From Camelus ferus (Eukaryota): 64,000 nucleotides of DNA. Below, in pieces: positions 14,200 to 27,134 of this stretch. The notes beneath the pieces are model-generated. The model was not told the origin of the DNA, ran no database searches, and saw only the letters and a list, made by a program, of their open reading frames with translations. Numbering within the stretch: the stretch's first letter is position 1; every line of letters begins with the position of its first letter. The position numbers were made by a program, and so were the translations under genes. The stretch is from assembly GCF_009834535.1 (NCBI RefSeq), contig NC_045696.1, positions 23,500,001 through 23,564,000 on the forward strand, read 5' to 3'.

Positions 14200-14960
14200 A
14201 AGCAGCCACTATCTTGACTTATATGGTAATACTTTCTTGTATTTTAACTTTTTTCAGTTTTGCCATTCATGAATGCATTCCTATATATTTTGATTTTACC
14301 TATTTTTAATGTTAAATTGTATTATACTGTATATACTTTTGTCTTCCTTCTTTAATTTAGTAATATCTTTATAAGATTCACCCATATTCATATTTGCAGC
14401 TGTCGTCTCCTTTTTATGGCTGTATGGTATTCCATTATATGAATCTACTACAGTTTATCAGTTTACTGTTGATGGATATTCGAGTTCTTTCTAGTTTTTG
14501 ATAGTATGAACAATGCTTCCAAGAACATTTTGTATGTGTAAACTGATGCACGTGTACCTAAATATCCTCAGGAAATATACTTAGGATTTACTGAATAATG
14601 TATTCATAACTTCCAATGTTTAAAAAAATGCTAAATACTTGTCCAAAGAGGTTTCACTAATTTACAAATCCACCAGTATCATTTGAATGTTCCTATTGCT
14701 ACATAAACATCCCCACCATTCTCACCAATATTTGGTAGTTTGTGTTTTTTTGTTTTTGTTTTTTTGGTTTTTGCCAATCTTGTGGGTGTTTGGTGATATT
14801 TAATTGTGTTTTAATTTGCATTTTCCTCATTACTCATGAGGTTGAGCATTTTTCCATTTATCAGTCATTTGGATTTTTTTTTTTTTGTAAAGCCCTTGTT
14901 CAAGTCTACTTTTTTATTGGATTTTCTGGCATGTTTGTATTTTATACATATGCTTTTTTT
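14200..14960 (-). mobile_element. Old L1 (L1ME-like) 3' region, part 1
   Basis: tattccattatatgaat...tgttgatggatatt...tgtgttttaatttgcattttcctcattactcatgaggttgagcatttttc. Confidence 0.75.
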
Positions 14961-14964
14961 CTTT

Positions 14965-15543
14965 GTGGCTGTATTTCTCTTCTATGCCTTCATCATAGAC
15001 TGAAAGGTGGTAGCCTGAACTGTGTTCACTGTTAAGGTTGTAAGTCCATTTCCTAGAATCTCCTCCCTATAAGGTTGCTAGTTAGCACTGGCCAAAAGAA
15101 CCGCAAGACTGGGAAAGGAGAAGTGAAGAATTAGCCTTTGTTTTCTGAAGGCCATTAGTTAGATGTGGTGATTGACACATGCAGAGATGCCAATAGGTTC
15201 TGCTTGTACCTGCTCTCCGCTCTGTACCCAGCTTTCTTTGGCTGCTAACTCCGTTGACCATCAGTTGCCCCAGGCCCATCATCGTGGCAGAGGTGGTAGC
15301 TCTACAGGGCATACCTTTTCATAGATCTCTCCTTGAACCTTCTCTTCAGAGTCCCACTTCAGCAGCTGGGCATGCTTGGCTTCCAGGTTGACTGATCAGT
15401 GACACATCCTCTGATTCACCAACTTCTCTTCTAAAATGTCACCTCCCAGGTCCCCCCACAATTGTTTAAGTTTTAATTATTTAAAAATATCTTATCTCAC
15501 AACTCATAGTCGATCTGCTTCCCTCATTTAACCCCATAAATGT
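14965..15543 (+). mobile_element. ERVL 5' LTR (LTR16-like)
   Basis: catttcctagaatctcctccc motif; ends ctgcttccctcatttaaccc immediately before a tRNA-Leu primer-binding site. Confidence 0.55.
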
Positions 15544-17395
15544 AGTTGTTGGTATCAGAAGTGATTCTAGGGTGACAGAATCTTGAGGACGGTAGTCTAT
15601 CATCTTTATCTCCAATCTAATTGGATTAAAACGACTTAATGTTGCTGATCATAAAGGGGACATATGGATTGCAGTGGCGAAACTGACTTGAATTGTCACA
15701 GGAAATTACCTATAGAAGGAAAGACTTTGAGTGACTAAGTAGTTGCTGCCGTATTTTAGTAAAAATTCATTTTATAAAGGGATTGATTGGTTGCATCAAA
15801 GTTCTTTGAAGAATAAAAGAAAATGATGAGTTCAAGGCCTTAAATTCTGGTCTCAACGTTTGGGTAAAGGACAAGAAAACTGCAACCTAATGAAACCCTT
15901 GTCTCATATAGCCACAAATTCTTTTCTAAAACCATACCAAAGTTTAATTCTATGCAATGGCTGAATAAAAAAGCAAATTGGACTCACAGCATTAGTGTCT
16001 CTTGTGTTAAAATCAAGCCATTGACTGGGAGAGTGGGACCATGAAAACTGGAATAGGGACACATGGGAAGTTTCCAATGAAGCCGAGGACCTTAAACCCC
16101 AAAGTTCTGCTGAACCTTGTCAAAAGAGCAGCCTTCTTCCCCTGTGTTGGGATTTCCCTTGCTTGAGGAGCTTGTAATGGCCTCACCTGAGGTAGCTGTC
16201 TTACAGGAAATTGATCTTCAATATTCATACCACCTCTCATTGTTCACGGGCCTCTATTCAGACTCAAGTTCTAGCAGGTGTGACCCAAGAGGAGTTAAAG
16301 TGTGACCCAAGAGGAGACACTATGCACACTAAAAGTAATGCATTAAAAACTATGCAAATTTATACTGAAAGAAACTTGAGGACAACGTGTAAGAATGGAT
16401 ATTTGATAAGTGTGAGGGAATATGTTGTATTTTGCTAAATGTACTGATATTAAAGCACTAAGCAGAGAACTTGGCTTCAATTGTTGGCTTCAATGGCTAG
16501 TAGCAGCGCTAACTGTTTTCTTGGTTGGTTGACTGGAACTTGAACTCAACTGTGGCCGAAACTGAACAAAATTGAGATGCTAGAACTTGCTTGTACATGG
16601 ACATGGAGTTGCCCAAACATTTAGGGAGACAGCAATGCGAGAGTAGATTTATTATGTACCCCTCCTATGTCCACTGGAGAGTTCAGAAGACATTCTCTTC
16701 ACCAAATCCTCGGGAAATATGTTGATAATCAGCATCTTTTGAGAGCTCTTGCAGCTATTCTCTGTGCACCAGAAATGATAGTGGGAAGTGCTGCCCTCAA
16801 AATCAGTTCCCAGTGTTCAACAGGGATGATAGGCTCCCAGGGAGGTAGGGGTCATGCAGCATCACTGAACTAGCAGACAAGGTAGGCAACGTTACTTTAA
16901 TGGCAGCACAGCCAAAGTAACTGGAAGGCTTGATTTATGACAATGTCTAATCGTCATGGTGTCCTAGGACTGGCATAGCTGGGTAGACTATTAAAGGAGA
17001 AAAGTTTGTAAATTTGTTGAATAGAAGTTTGATGTGAATCATTAAATGAAGAATCATGGTCTTTCAACCAATTCTAACATGAGCCAGTTTGCAGCCCCAG
17101 AGCCACTTGAAAGAAGAAGAAACTCAGTCTCCTTGTGAAAGTCCCCAATTGTGCGGCAGATGTATCCATACTCCGTCATAACCTTTGCCTAAAGGGACCT
17201 GTGTCCATTTATTAAGATGACTGTGCACTGGGGGAAAAGATATAATCAGGCATTTCAGGTATGGACACCATACCTGAACTGATACTAATTCCTGGGGATG
17301 CAGGAATGCCATCATGGTATACCAGTAAGAGTAGGAATTTATGCAGGTCAGATGATTAGTAGAGTTTTAGGTTAGGTCTGTCTCAACTGGATTCT
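15544..17395 (+). mobile_element. ERV-L internal remnant (PBS, decayed gag and protease)
   Basis: PBS tggtatcagaagtg at 15550-15563; gag-like gaggag...aatttatac...gaatggatatt; protease-like actgtgcactgggg (TVHWG), gacacc...gaactgatactaattcctggggat (ELILIPGD), ccagtaagagtaggaatttatgcaggtcagatgatt (PVRVGIYAGQMI); many stops and frameshifts. Confidence 0.8.
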
Positions 17396-17949
17396 ATTCC
17401 CAATAGATTTTTTCCCCCAGGATGATCTCTGTCCTTAAGAAATAGTCTTGTTTTTGAACATTTTTTATTTCCTTGAGGGTTAGACCACCTCAGCACCCTC
17501 CAATTTTTTTTGCCCGTCCTTTTGTGCTCATCCACCAATTGAAGCCAATAGAGGCTTCTCCTTATTTTGCCAGTTGTCTTAGACCTATGCAGAAGATCCC
17601 TATCAGATTGGGGTCTTCTCCACTTTATGGATACTTACAGGCAATTTCTGTTTTCTGGGTGTCTTAGGACAGTCAGAATTTCTTTCTTATTTCTTTTTGC
17701 TCTCCTACTTCCTCAAGTCTGCTAAATTTGCCAAGTTTTGCCAAAATAATGTAGTTGCCTGTAGTTTGGCTACATCCACTTGCATTTCGTAGCTTATGAG
17801 AATGCTTGTCACTTCACTTCATAGGAAAATGCTGTCTTTGAGTTTATATATATATTCTTTTAATGAAAAAAGGATCTGGGAACATTTTAGGAAGCATGTC
17901 ATCATAATTATCTCACCTAAGCCATAGTCCATTCTTTATATAATTTTAT

Positions 17950-18190
17950 TTCTGCACCAGCATCTTGCACACTGCAAATATCTTCTCTCACTACACTGTC
18001 TTGTCTTTTCACTCTCTTTAGGAAATCTTTTGATAGACAGAATTCTTAATTTCATGTGGTTAAATTTATCAAAAATTTGCTTCAAGTTTCTTTCTTTTTC
18101 TGTGTTAAGATATCCATTGCTATTCCAAGATCTTAAAGATAGTCTGCATATGCTGTCTTCTAGAAGATTTATAGACTTCTTTGATTTAGC
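17950..18190 (-). mobile_element. Old L1 ORF2 3' region, part 2 (continuation of 14200-14960)
   Basis: tgcaaatatcttctctcact...tcttttcactctc...tcttttgat...ttcttaattt...ttctagaag. Confidence 0.6.
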
Positions 18191-18849
18191 CATCATGGAA
18201 CAACTGGTATCAGAATAAGTTTCCTGCAATCAATAACCATAAAAATGGATTAAGAAAAATAAAGCAACTTTTTTCAGTGTTTGGACCATGGACATACAAG
18301 GCTGCAATACTGGAGGGCAGTGTAAAACACTGGGTATGCGTTCTTCCTGGAGACATTTTCAAAATATGGGTTAAAGGAAGTGCAACCAAGCAAAGAACAG
18401 TTGTCTTATTAGGTGAAATTTCCAAGACTATGGAAGGCATACTGAAGTTCCAAACTCTTATAATTTGATGATTTTTATTTTTCAAAGAAATTAAGTGTGA
18501 ACACAGGATAATTTTCATAATTATTGTAAGGGGTGGGATAGTTATAATTAGTACTTCATTTCAAGCCTCAGGCTTGTGTTATAAGCACACTGGTCTCCAA
18601 AAGAACCAGGCAGAAAATTTAGCTATTTTTCACTTAAAATGTATTATTTTTGTTAACATGTTATTTTGATATTTTTATCATTTAAAAATTAATATTATAT
18701 ATTTTTTACAGTTTCAATTTCTAAAATAGTAAATATCAATAGATATAACTTGCCCAAACAAAAGCTCTTTTAGGTCCTCAATAATTTTTGTGTGAAGAGG
18801 TCCTGAGGCCAAAAAGTTTGAGAGCTGTTGTTCTGTACCAGTAATACTC

Positions 18850-20400
18850 AATTAGAAAGCATTTTTTTAAGGTGGAAAAAGCAGCTCATTCATAAACATC
18901 AGAAAAACATTAAAGCACATCAAGATACCTAGAATTAAAGACAAATAAAATAATGTTTCAACTCTACTGAAGGACATATGAATCTGATAAAAGGACAGAC
19001 AACATTCTTTTCAGATAGAAAATTCAGTATTGTAAAGGTGCCATGATTTTTCTATATGCCAATCTATGTAAGTCAATATAATTACAATAAAAATGTCAAT
19101 AGGATTTTTATTTGAAGGAAGAGTAAATAATTCTAAAATTTATTTGTATAAGAGTATAGGAAGTTCTGGGAAAAATGAGTATTAAGGGTGTCTGTGTTGG
19201 AGAGTAACACTTGACATTATACATACTAGGAAAATGTATACTAGTTATAAAACAAATATTTTAAATCAATGTTAAAACAAGAGTCATTGCATTAGTAATG
19301 GAAGTTGAATAGACAAAAACATAAATGGAACTTAATGTCTGTGAATATCAAACAAAAATTTATTATCTAGTGAAGGTTACATTTTAGATCAGTAAGGGAA
19401 AAGAAGAAATATTTTATAGACAACTAGATAATCTTGGCAGAAATTTGTGAATCTTTACCTCACCCCTTAATATAATTTCCAACTGCATTAAAGACTGACA
19501 TAAAAACAAACTCATAAAAATATCAGAAGAAAACATGGATGAGTATTATAATTTTGAACAGGGAAAATTCTTTCTAAACATGATACCAAAGCAGAATATA
19601 TAAAGCAAGTCAACAGATCTGATTACATAAAAATAAAGTTATAAAAATATTATAAGGAAGCTTAAAATAAATGAAAGAAAAAATCTGCAGTGTTTATAAA
19701 GAATTTAGTGATTCCTAATATGAGCTCCTGTAAATTCATAGACATGAACACCCAACCGAAAAAGTGCAAAGAGCATACATAAGCAAGTAGTTAAACAATA
19801 AATACAAACAGCCATTAACATATTGAACTACATTCACTCTCACTAAAAATAAAAATATACAATAAATTCTTGGCAGTCCCTGATAATATTCTATGTTGTT
19901 GAACCTGTGAAGAAACACACACTCATGAACTATTGGTGGCAGTGTAACTGGAATAGCTTGCAAAGGACAGTTTGACAATTTAGCTCAAAAGTTTAAATCT
20001 GTAAACTCAGTAACTCAAGGCAGAAACTATACATCCTCAAATTTAGCAGAAAGACAAAAGGGATAAAAGTTAATACACACAACGATGTAAATAGCAGCCT
20101 ATGGTGTATGTCCATGAATATTGTACATCTTCTTATAATCAAATAATGTAGAGCAGTAAGAGAGATATTTATATACTTTCTTGAAACTATGTCTACATTT
20201 ACTACATTTTAAGTTTTTTAAAATGAAAATCATTTAGCTATAGTTACGTGTGTGTGTATGTATATGTGCACATGCACAGGAAGATGTCAAGAGGCATCAA
20301 CACAAAAATGTCATGTCTAACTCCGGGTTGACAGATGAATTTGGGTGGATTATTACTTTTGTCTAATTATGTGAGTTTTTGTTTTTTTTTTTTTATATAA
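18850..20400 (+). mobile_element. Highly decayed L1 ORF2/3' end
   Basis: A-rich; actctactgaaggacata, acctcacccct, tttctaaacatgataccaaagcagaa, actattggtggcagtgtaactgg. Confidence 0.6.
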
Positions 20401-20684
20401 CAAACTACTTGGCAGAGAGTGTGGCATATGACGCACAGGTAATGAATGCATGAATGAACAGGCATGAATTCATGTTATATATACATCCCTCCACTGCTGA
20501 TTTTAAACATAAAGCATTAAATAGCATCACTGAAAGGTCTCATTTGATTAAGAAAAAAAACCAATTTCAGTCAGAACTAGTGCATTTATGCTTGAGGTCT
20601 CATAGTTTACCAACACATTCCTGAATATTTAGCATTGTAAAGATTAACACATTTGGATAAAAAGGAAATTTGAGAGGAAACTAG

Positions 20685-21186
20685 GGTGTACCTACTGTCT
20701 CTCAGCTCCAGCTCCACCCTTTTATCCTCTGCTCTGTGATGCTGGGGCTGGGACTCATGCAAACTGCATTTTCCTGACTTCTTTACTGCGTTCCATTTAG
20801 GTTCTGCCAGTAAGTACCAGAGGGAGGTTGGGAGGTAGAAAGAGGAAACAAGATTTACTTCTTTGTCCTTGCTTGCCAATCCTACCAGTGTTGACCTAAT
20901 AATTTCAGTTGATTCCAGTCTTCCATTACTTTTAGAACTTCTAGAACTACCTTCACTGCATCCCTCAGACGTAGCAAGAGCACTTGGGGGTGCCCCTCCT
21001 CAGAGATGAGGACCCTTTGTTTGAAGCTCCAAGTTTCTGGTAACCCCAACTTTTTCCCTTTTTGTTTCCCTACCCCTAGCAATAGTAGGTGCATCCTGCA
21101 GGCACTCTGGGTTACCCTTTTATGCTCCTATCACGTCTTTGTCAAAGTATCGTGTGTGGGCTCTTCTGATCGGACACCTGCTGGTA
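20685..21186. mobile_element. ERVL LTR (LTR33-like)
   Basis: ctctgctctgtgatgctggggctgggact...caaactgcatttt...taggttctgccagt. Confidence 0.55.
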
Positions 21187-21351
21187 GAGGTGCTCTCTAA
21201 AGAGCAGATGTAGTAAAGTGGTTAACGGCAGGATCAAGATAAGGAGACAAATGCTGAAGGCCAGTTCTCCTCAGGTTAGCACTTTGGAGGGTGTTTGTAT
21301 GTTCCAGGGGGGTTAATAGAGGAAGATGTCCATACTGAGCAAGGGCCTGAG

Positions 21352-21539
21352 GCAACTCTGTCCAATGGAGATTTCTGCGATAATAGAAATGTTCTAAAAC
21401 GTGTTGTCCAATATGGAGGCCAATAGTCACATGTGGCTATTAAACATTTGAAATACGGTTAGTATGACTAACTCATTTTATTTGGTTTAAATTTAAATAG
21501 CCACATGTGGCTAGTGGCTGTCTTACTGGACCATGCAGG
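21352..21539. mobile_element. hAT-Charlie MITE (MER3-like)
   Basis: ctgtccaat...gtcacatgtggctatt...aatagccacatgtggctagtggct...tggac. Confidence 0.8.
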
Positions 21540-21699
21540 TCTAAGGTGATTGAAGGGCCAGATGACCTGCACCTTTATTAAATTGCCAGATATTTAACAG
21601 GTACTAGGTTACAAAAACAGGAGCTACTATCTCCCTCTAAAGGAATTCAGTCCGGCAACAGAAGAGATATGCAACACTTCTTTGAAAAATTATTCTGCC

Positions 21700-22300
21700 A
21701 ACAAGTATGTAAGACGGATTAAAGAGGCATGATCAAAGACGGAGAGGCCAATCAGGGCGAAGTCCAACTGTCCAAACTAAGAGATGAGAAACCTCACCAA
21801 CGGCAGCAGTGAAGGGATGCGTGAGCAAAGGATTTCAAACTTGACCTCTGGACACTTGGTAATCAATGGGAAATAAAAGCAGAATTGAGAATAATTTCTC
21901 ACTTCTGGATTATTGTATCATTCACAAAGAGAATAAAAGAGAACCAGGTTTGAGAAGTGGTGAACTCAGTTTTGGATGTGCAGAGCTTAAAGTGCCTGTG
22001 AAACATCCAAGTGTCTATGTGGAACAGACAACTGGACGTATATATGGGTCTAAAATGAACAACAGAGGTTTAGTTATAAATACCAACTTTTGAGTCGCAA
22101 GCATGTGGGCATTACAGAAAGTCAAACTAGTAAATATGACCATCCAGGAAAGGTGAAGAGTTAGAAGGGTGCCAAATAAAGAACCTTGAGGACACTGATA
22201 TTTAAGGAGTAGAAAGAAAAGAAAATGTGGAAGAATGCAGACAGGAATGAGAGCAGTCCAAAGAAGCCTGTCTCAGGAAGGCAGATTCTGAAAATCAGAA
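21700..22300 (-). mobile_element. L2 fragment
   Basis: gaactcagttttggatgtg...aagtgcctgtgaaacatccaagtg...gaaccttgaggacactgatatttaag. Confidence 0.6.
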
Positions 22301-22333
22301 GGCAACAGTGAAGGTACAGAATGGCTGACAATT

Positions 22334-22557
22334 ATTGGACACTTACTTTGTGGCAGACATTTTCCAAGTTTTTTTATATGTAGAAACCCTTTTAATCTTT
22401 TAAAAGAATCACATAAGGTAGTCTTTAGTGCAAAGCTATTTTATAGATGAAGAGATCCAGAAGAGTTAGAGTTCACTCAAGATCAACACACAGTAAGTAG
22501 CTGAGCCAGGATCTGCACACGGGCAGTCTGGTTCTAGAGCTTGCACTCTTAACCACT
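22334..22557 (-). mobile_element. MIR SINE
   Basis: attttatagatgaaga...acacagtaagtagctgagccaggat...cagtctggttctagagcttgcactcttaaccact. Confidence 0.75.
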
Positions 22558-24052
22558 CAGAAGAGAGAATGAAATCCAGTAAATTAAGGACTGAAAATAT
22601 TTGAGTGCAGCTTTGGCTGGAGCACAGACCAAAATGGGAATGCTGGATGGCAGTGTGGGGCACTAGCATATTGAAACCCCCACCTTTTCATGTGAACTAT
22701 AATAATGCGAAAAGCAAATTTCTCCACCCTGCTTCAGCCAGGCTCAATTTAGTCCCTGAGGGGAGAGCCACAGGTGATCTTTAGAAAAATGAAAGTTGGG
22801 GAAGCACCGACCAAATGTTCTCAAAACAGTTCTCACTTTAAAAGGCTTTTAAGGATCCACATGATAGGACCTAGACACCTGTTGTAAAGAGAGCTCCTCA
22901 TGTGTTTTTGATGCACAACTACGGTTAAGAATACTAATCTAGCTCCAGGTTACTGAAAAACTTAAGAACTATTTGCTAAAGCATGAACTGATATTAAGCT
23001 GGCCTTTCTGAATTAATTCTGTAGAAGAGCAAATATAATTTAACTAAATTCGTAAGTTCATTTAATACTGCATCTGATTTTATTTATATTTTCCTCGTAA
23101 CACTGGGTTATCAATAATGCCATCCCTTACTACATCCTGGTTAATAATGAACTATACATTTCCAGGTATGAAGGTACAAAGGATCATACCCAAGCGCCTC
23201 ACCTGTCTTGGTAAGGTAAAGGTAAGATCACCCTATTTCACTGGAGCCAGCATTGAACAGAAGGTCCAGGATGGTAGTGAAGGTGTGAAACAGCTATTGA
23301 GAACTGTGCATAGAATAAGGATGTTTGAAATTCTTATGTGGTTGCCTGTGTAAATTCAGTTGTGTATATAGTTCCCTCCATCATGACTCATTTACTTTTA
23401 TTATTGAAGTAATTATTTGGTTACGATGTCACCTCTATCAAAGTTAATTAGAAAAAGAAGGAATTGGAGGCTAGAAAGTATAGGAGAGGAGGAGGGGAAA
23501 CTGGAGGGGGGGGGGAGAAAGGATGCTGTAAAATATTTTATCACTTAAAAGCAATGACCCCCTCCCTTTCCTCACCCCACCCCTTCCCCCACCCCAAACC
23601 CTCCACCAATGCTTATGTGTATACCCTGCACATCATTATCCAAACATGGAAAAGCATGTGGCCAAAATTGTTAACATCAATACCTTCAGTACTGGCTGAG
23701 GGTGGAACAGAAACGTAGAGCAGGTAAAAATAAAAACACTAGCAAAACTGATACAGATCTATGGTATAATGTGAAGTGAAACTGATTAAAGCAAAACATG
23801 AATGAGGTCAAAACAACATGAATGATTTCATTCATTCAGCAAAGATTTGTTCAATGAAAACACACTGAAATGATTAGATGAATACATTTTGAGCAACTTT
23901 TCACTTGGTTTGCTACAACGTTGATTTAATTTTTAGAATAAAGTAAAAGAAAAAAAAATCAGATGAAAGAGTAGAGCTATTGACATTTGCACTGTGAGCC
24001 CGTAATGATACTTTTGTGTCTGGAAAGGAGGTATATAAACTGGGCAATCACA

Positions 24053-24430
24053 TGCCATGGACTGTCTTCCTTTGGACTCCTAAGTTCATTTGTTGACACC
24101 CTAACCCTCCAAGATGACAGTATTTGGAGATAGAGCCTTTAAAGAGGCAATTATGATAGAGGTCATAAGGGTGGGGCCCTAACCCAGTATGACTGGTGTC
24201 CTTACAAGAGGAAGAGACACCAGAGATGCACACGTACCCAGGCGAAAGGCCATGGGAAGACAAAGTGAGAAGGCTGCTTTCTGCAAACCAGAGAGAGGTC
24301 TCAGGAGAAATTAAAGCTGCCAACACCTTGATCTTGGACTTCAGCCTCTAGAAGTGTGAGAAAATAAACTTGTTTTTTCAAACCACCTAGTCTGGGGTAT
24401 TTATTATGGCAGCCCTGGCAGACTAATACA
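24053..24430 (+). mobile_element. MaLR LTR (MLT1B-like), near full length
   Basis: gtatttggagatagagcctttaaagagg...gactggtgtcctta...accttgatcttggacttcagcctc...atggcagccctggcagactaataca. Confidence 0.85.
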
Positions 24431-24834
24431 CATTCTTTGGACAAGGTTATCATGGGCACAACAAATGATACTTAATCTGCTTAACAATTTAAAGTAAATT
24501 AATTTTTTTTTTTTTAACACAAGGGTATCCCTACTCACCCCAAGCATTCTGAGTGGTTGTACTTTTGGGGGATGACAATAGGACTTAGGCTGAAGTCAAC
24601 AATTCTGAATCATAAAACAAAGAAACTGAATTTCTGGAGAATTAGATACAAGAGGAGAGAATCTACCTTAGTCTCAAAAAATCTAAAACTAAGCAAAAGA
24701 ATTTTTAGTCACTTCCCTGAAATTGTCAGTGAGGGAATATACTGAAAAATTTCCAACTAACAAGGGTTCAAAAGTGAATGGAAATTAAACAGCATCATTT
24801 AAATTGCATACAATGCTACTGATAGTTTTATTTA

Positions 24835-25020
24835 GTGACCTTGTTCTCAAACTTTAGCAGACATCATAATCTTCTGATGGACTTGTTGAAACTGGTTAAC
24901 TCTCCAAGTTTTAACAAGTATTAAGCAGTTCTGGTGTGGGGCTCAAAAGTTTTCAGTTCTAACCTTTTCCCAGTGATGCTGAAGCCACTCGTCTGCAGAG
25001 CACATTTTGAGAACTACTGA
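24835..25020. mobile_element. MER5A-like hAT MITE
   Basis: gttctcaaacttt...tggggctcaaaa...ttctaac...gtgatgctga...cacattttgagaactactg. Confidence 0.6.
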
Positions 25021-25807
25021 TTCAGTGTATGGTTATTATTGTATTTTAATGAATCTGAAAAGTACTGGAGTGTCTCATAGATTCACTCCTGGCTACTGTC
25101 TCTTTATACACACGCTGTTTATGAGAAGTTTCTGTAACTCTTAACTTCTATTTATTTGAATTCTACACTAAATTATTTCAAAATGTAATTTGTGGGGACT
25201 GGGAAAGGAGAACTATAGGAATCAAAAAGAGTCATTTAAATCAAAGTGAAATATGGCATGGACAACAGTTCTACTGAGGTTTCAACTTTCAAGTTACCAG
25301 CTATGTTATATTTAATATAGTAAATAATGTAAGAAATTTCACTGATCTAAATCTTAAGATTAGATTAAAAACTGATACAAAAATAAGTTATTTCCCCAAG
25401 TTTTGAAAAAGGTCATTTCTTTAAAAAAGAAAGTCAGATTCATAACTAGGATGAAGAAGCTTGGCTTTTAAGTAGAGTAAATACAGTAATACTCACCTGG
25501 ATGTGCCTTGTAAAAGGAGTAAATTCCATGTGGTGTTTGAGAAGTTTGTTTTTCAGTGGTCAATTATACACATAAACGCAAACAACGTCACTGTTACGGC
25601 AGAATATCATAAAATATGGAAGATACTTTATAAATGCTTTGATGATACATAGGAAGTTTCTAAACTTTCAACAGGACTTGAAAACCAATGCACAACACTA
25701 ATTCTGCTGAGTAGAGAATTTAAAATCTAAATCAAAACACACTTTGAGAGCTATAACATGCAAAACCTAATTTTACAGCAGAAATAGTATCAATTCTTTG
25801 TCATTAA

Positions 25808-25813
25808 TTTAAT
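25808..25813 (-). terminator. Distal polyadenylation signal (ATTAAA)
   Basis: Minus strand aagatATTAAAttaatgac followed by ggttttg and gtgtgttttg downstream elements. Confidence 0.5.
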
Positions 25814-26795
25814 ATCTTAGCAGTACATTGATACCTTTACAAGAAGTATTATGTAATAGCTTAATATTTTCTTATTCTTCTTCCATCCAGGACTTTTCAT
25901 GAGAGGCACTTATAAGGAGCATTAGTTTTGGCGACACTCTAACAAACATACACAGAGTATAATGATATATTTTACTAGGCTAACAAAGTATCATTTGTAA
26001 AGAAATTTTTATAAATTCAAAAATAGGTCGTTGGTAACATAATTACCTTTAAAAAGCATTGATTTTCATTCACAATATTACTTCATTAATCTTAAAGAGC
26101 GGTTCCATCTACAAAACATTCTACAGCTTTTTCCTTTTTGAAAAGGAGGTAAATAAATGCAGGTAAGACACTCATAACTTCTAGTTCAACAATATCAACT
26201 TCATTTCACAGCGTTGATTAGTAGAGAACATTTTCAACTATAATAGAACACAATTTACAAAAATAGAATGATTTTATAATGGGAAACACTGTCCTCCATT
26301 ATGAAGAGTATGTGTGTGGTGTACGGGTTAATGTATCTATGTATATCCACATACATATTTCTTATAAGTTTCACTATTACATAGCCCTTATTCAAGTACT
26401 TTTTTCTGGTATCTCTTGAAATAATCACCTTGCTATATTATTTGTAAATACATAAAAAAAATTAAAGGTTAACCTAAGAAAAGGTTAAAAGTTTCAGTGT
26501 GGTTGACTTAAATATCAGCCGCTCACTTCAGTGAAAACCTGATTTGAATTCAAAACAGGTTTAGGTGCCATACTAAGTTTAACAACTTAGTCAAAAATAT
26601 AGATATAGTTAAGTGTCAAATAGTAAATTTCCAATGTGCTAACATTAGAGCAAAATTACAAGTTTGTATTAATCTATTTATCACCCAATCTTAAAACAAT
26701 CCCCAAACAAAATCATTTATATATTATATTACTAAAATAATACACTAATATATAATATACCTGCTTACAAACACATAGGTAGCCATAAATAAAAC

Positions 26796-26808
26796 TTTAT
26801 TCTTTAAT
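26796..26808 (-). terminator. Proximal polyadenylation signal (ATTAAA + AATAAA)
   Basis: Minus strand reads attaaagaataaagttttatttatggctacctatgtgtttgt; upstream TGTA motifs and a downstream GU-rich element are present. Confidence 0.65.
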
Positions 26809-26928
26809 TTCATTTACAAGCTACCAAATATTATATATTATACACAGTGCTGAACACTTAAATGGCTGTAGTCATGGAGGATCCAGACTGAATGGAAAGC
26901 TACAGATTAAGAAAAGATAAAAGCAAAG

Positions 26929-26936
26929 TAATACTG
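26929..26936 (-). promoter_or_regulatory. miR-200b/c/429 8mer seed match (CAGTATTA)
   Basis: Plus strand taatactg in the proximal 3'UTR. Confidence 0.55.
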
Positions 26937-27126
26937 TAACAGAAAGGTGGCAAAAGCATGGTTTTGCCATAATAAAATCAATCAGATTTGTAATTATACA
27001 TCAGTTCTGGTTAAAACAAAGTCTGAGCGCCATGCGATTCTCAGCTTTATTGTTTGCAGTCTGGCTAAAGTCTGTATAGTCATTTTGTCTTTTGCAGCTA
27101 TTAAAATAAAAAAAAGTTAAAAACTA

Positions 27127-27134
27127 TAGCAGCA
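27127..27134 (-). promoter_or_regulatory. miR-15/16/195/497 family 8mer seed match (TGCTGCTA)
   Basis: Plus strand tagcagca; ~80 nt after the stop codon. Confidence 0.5.
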
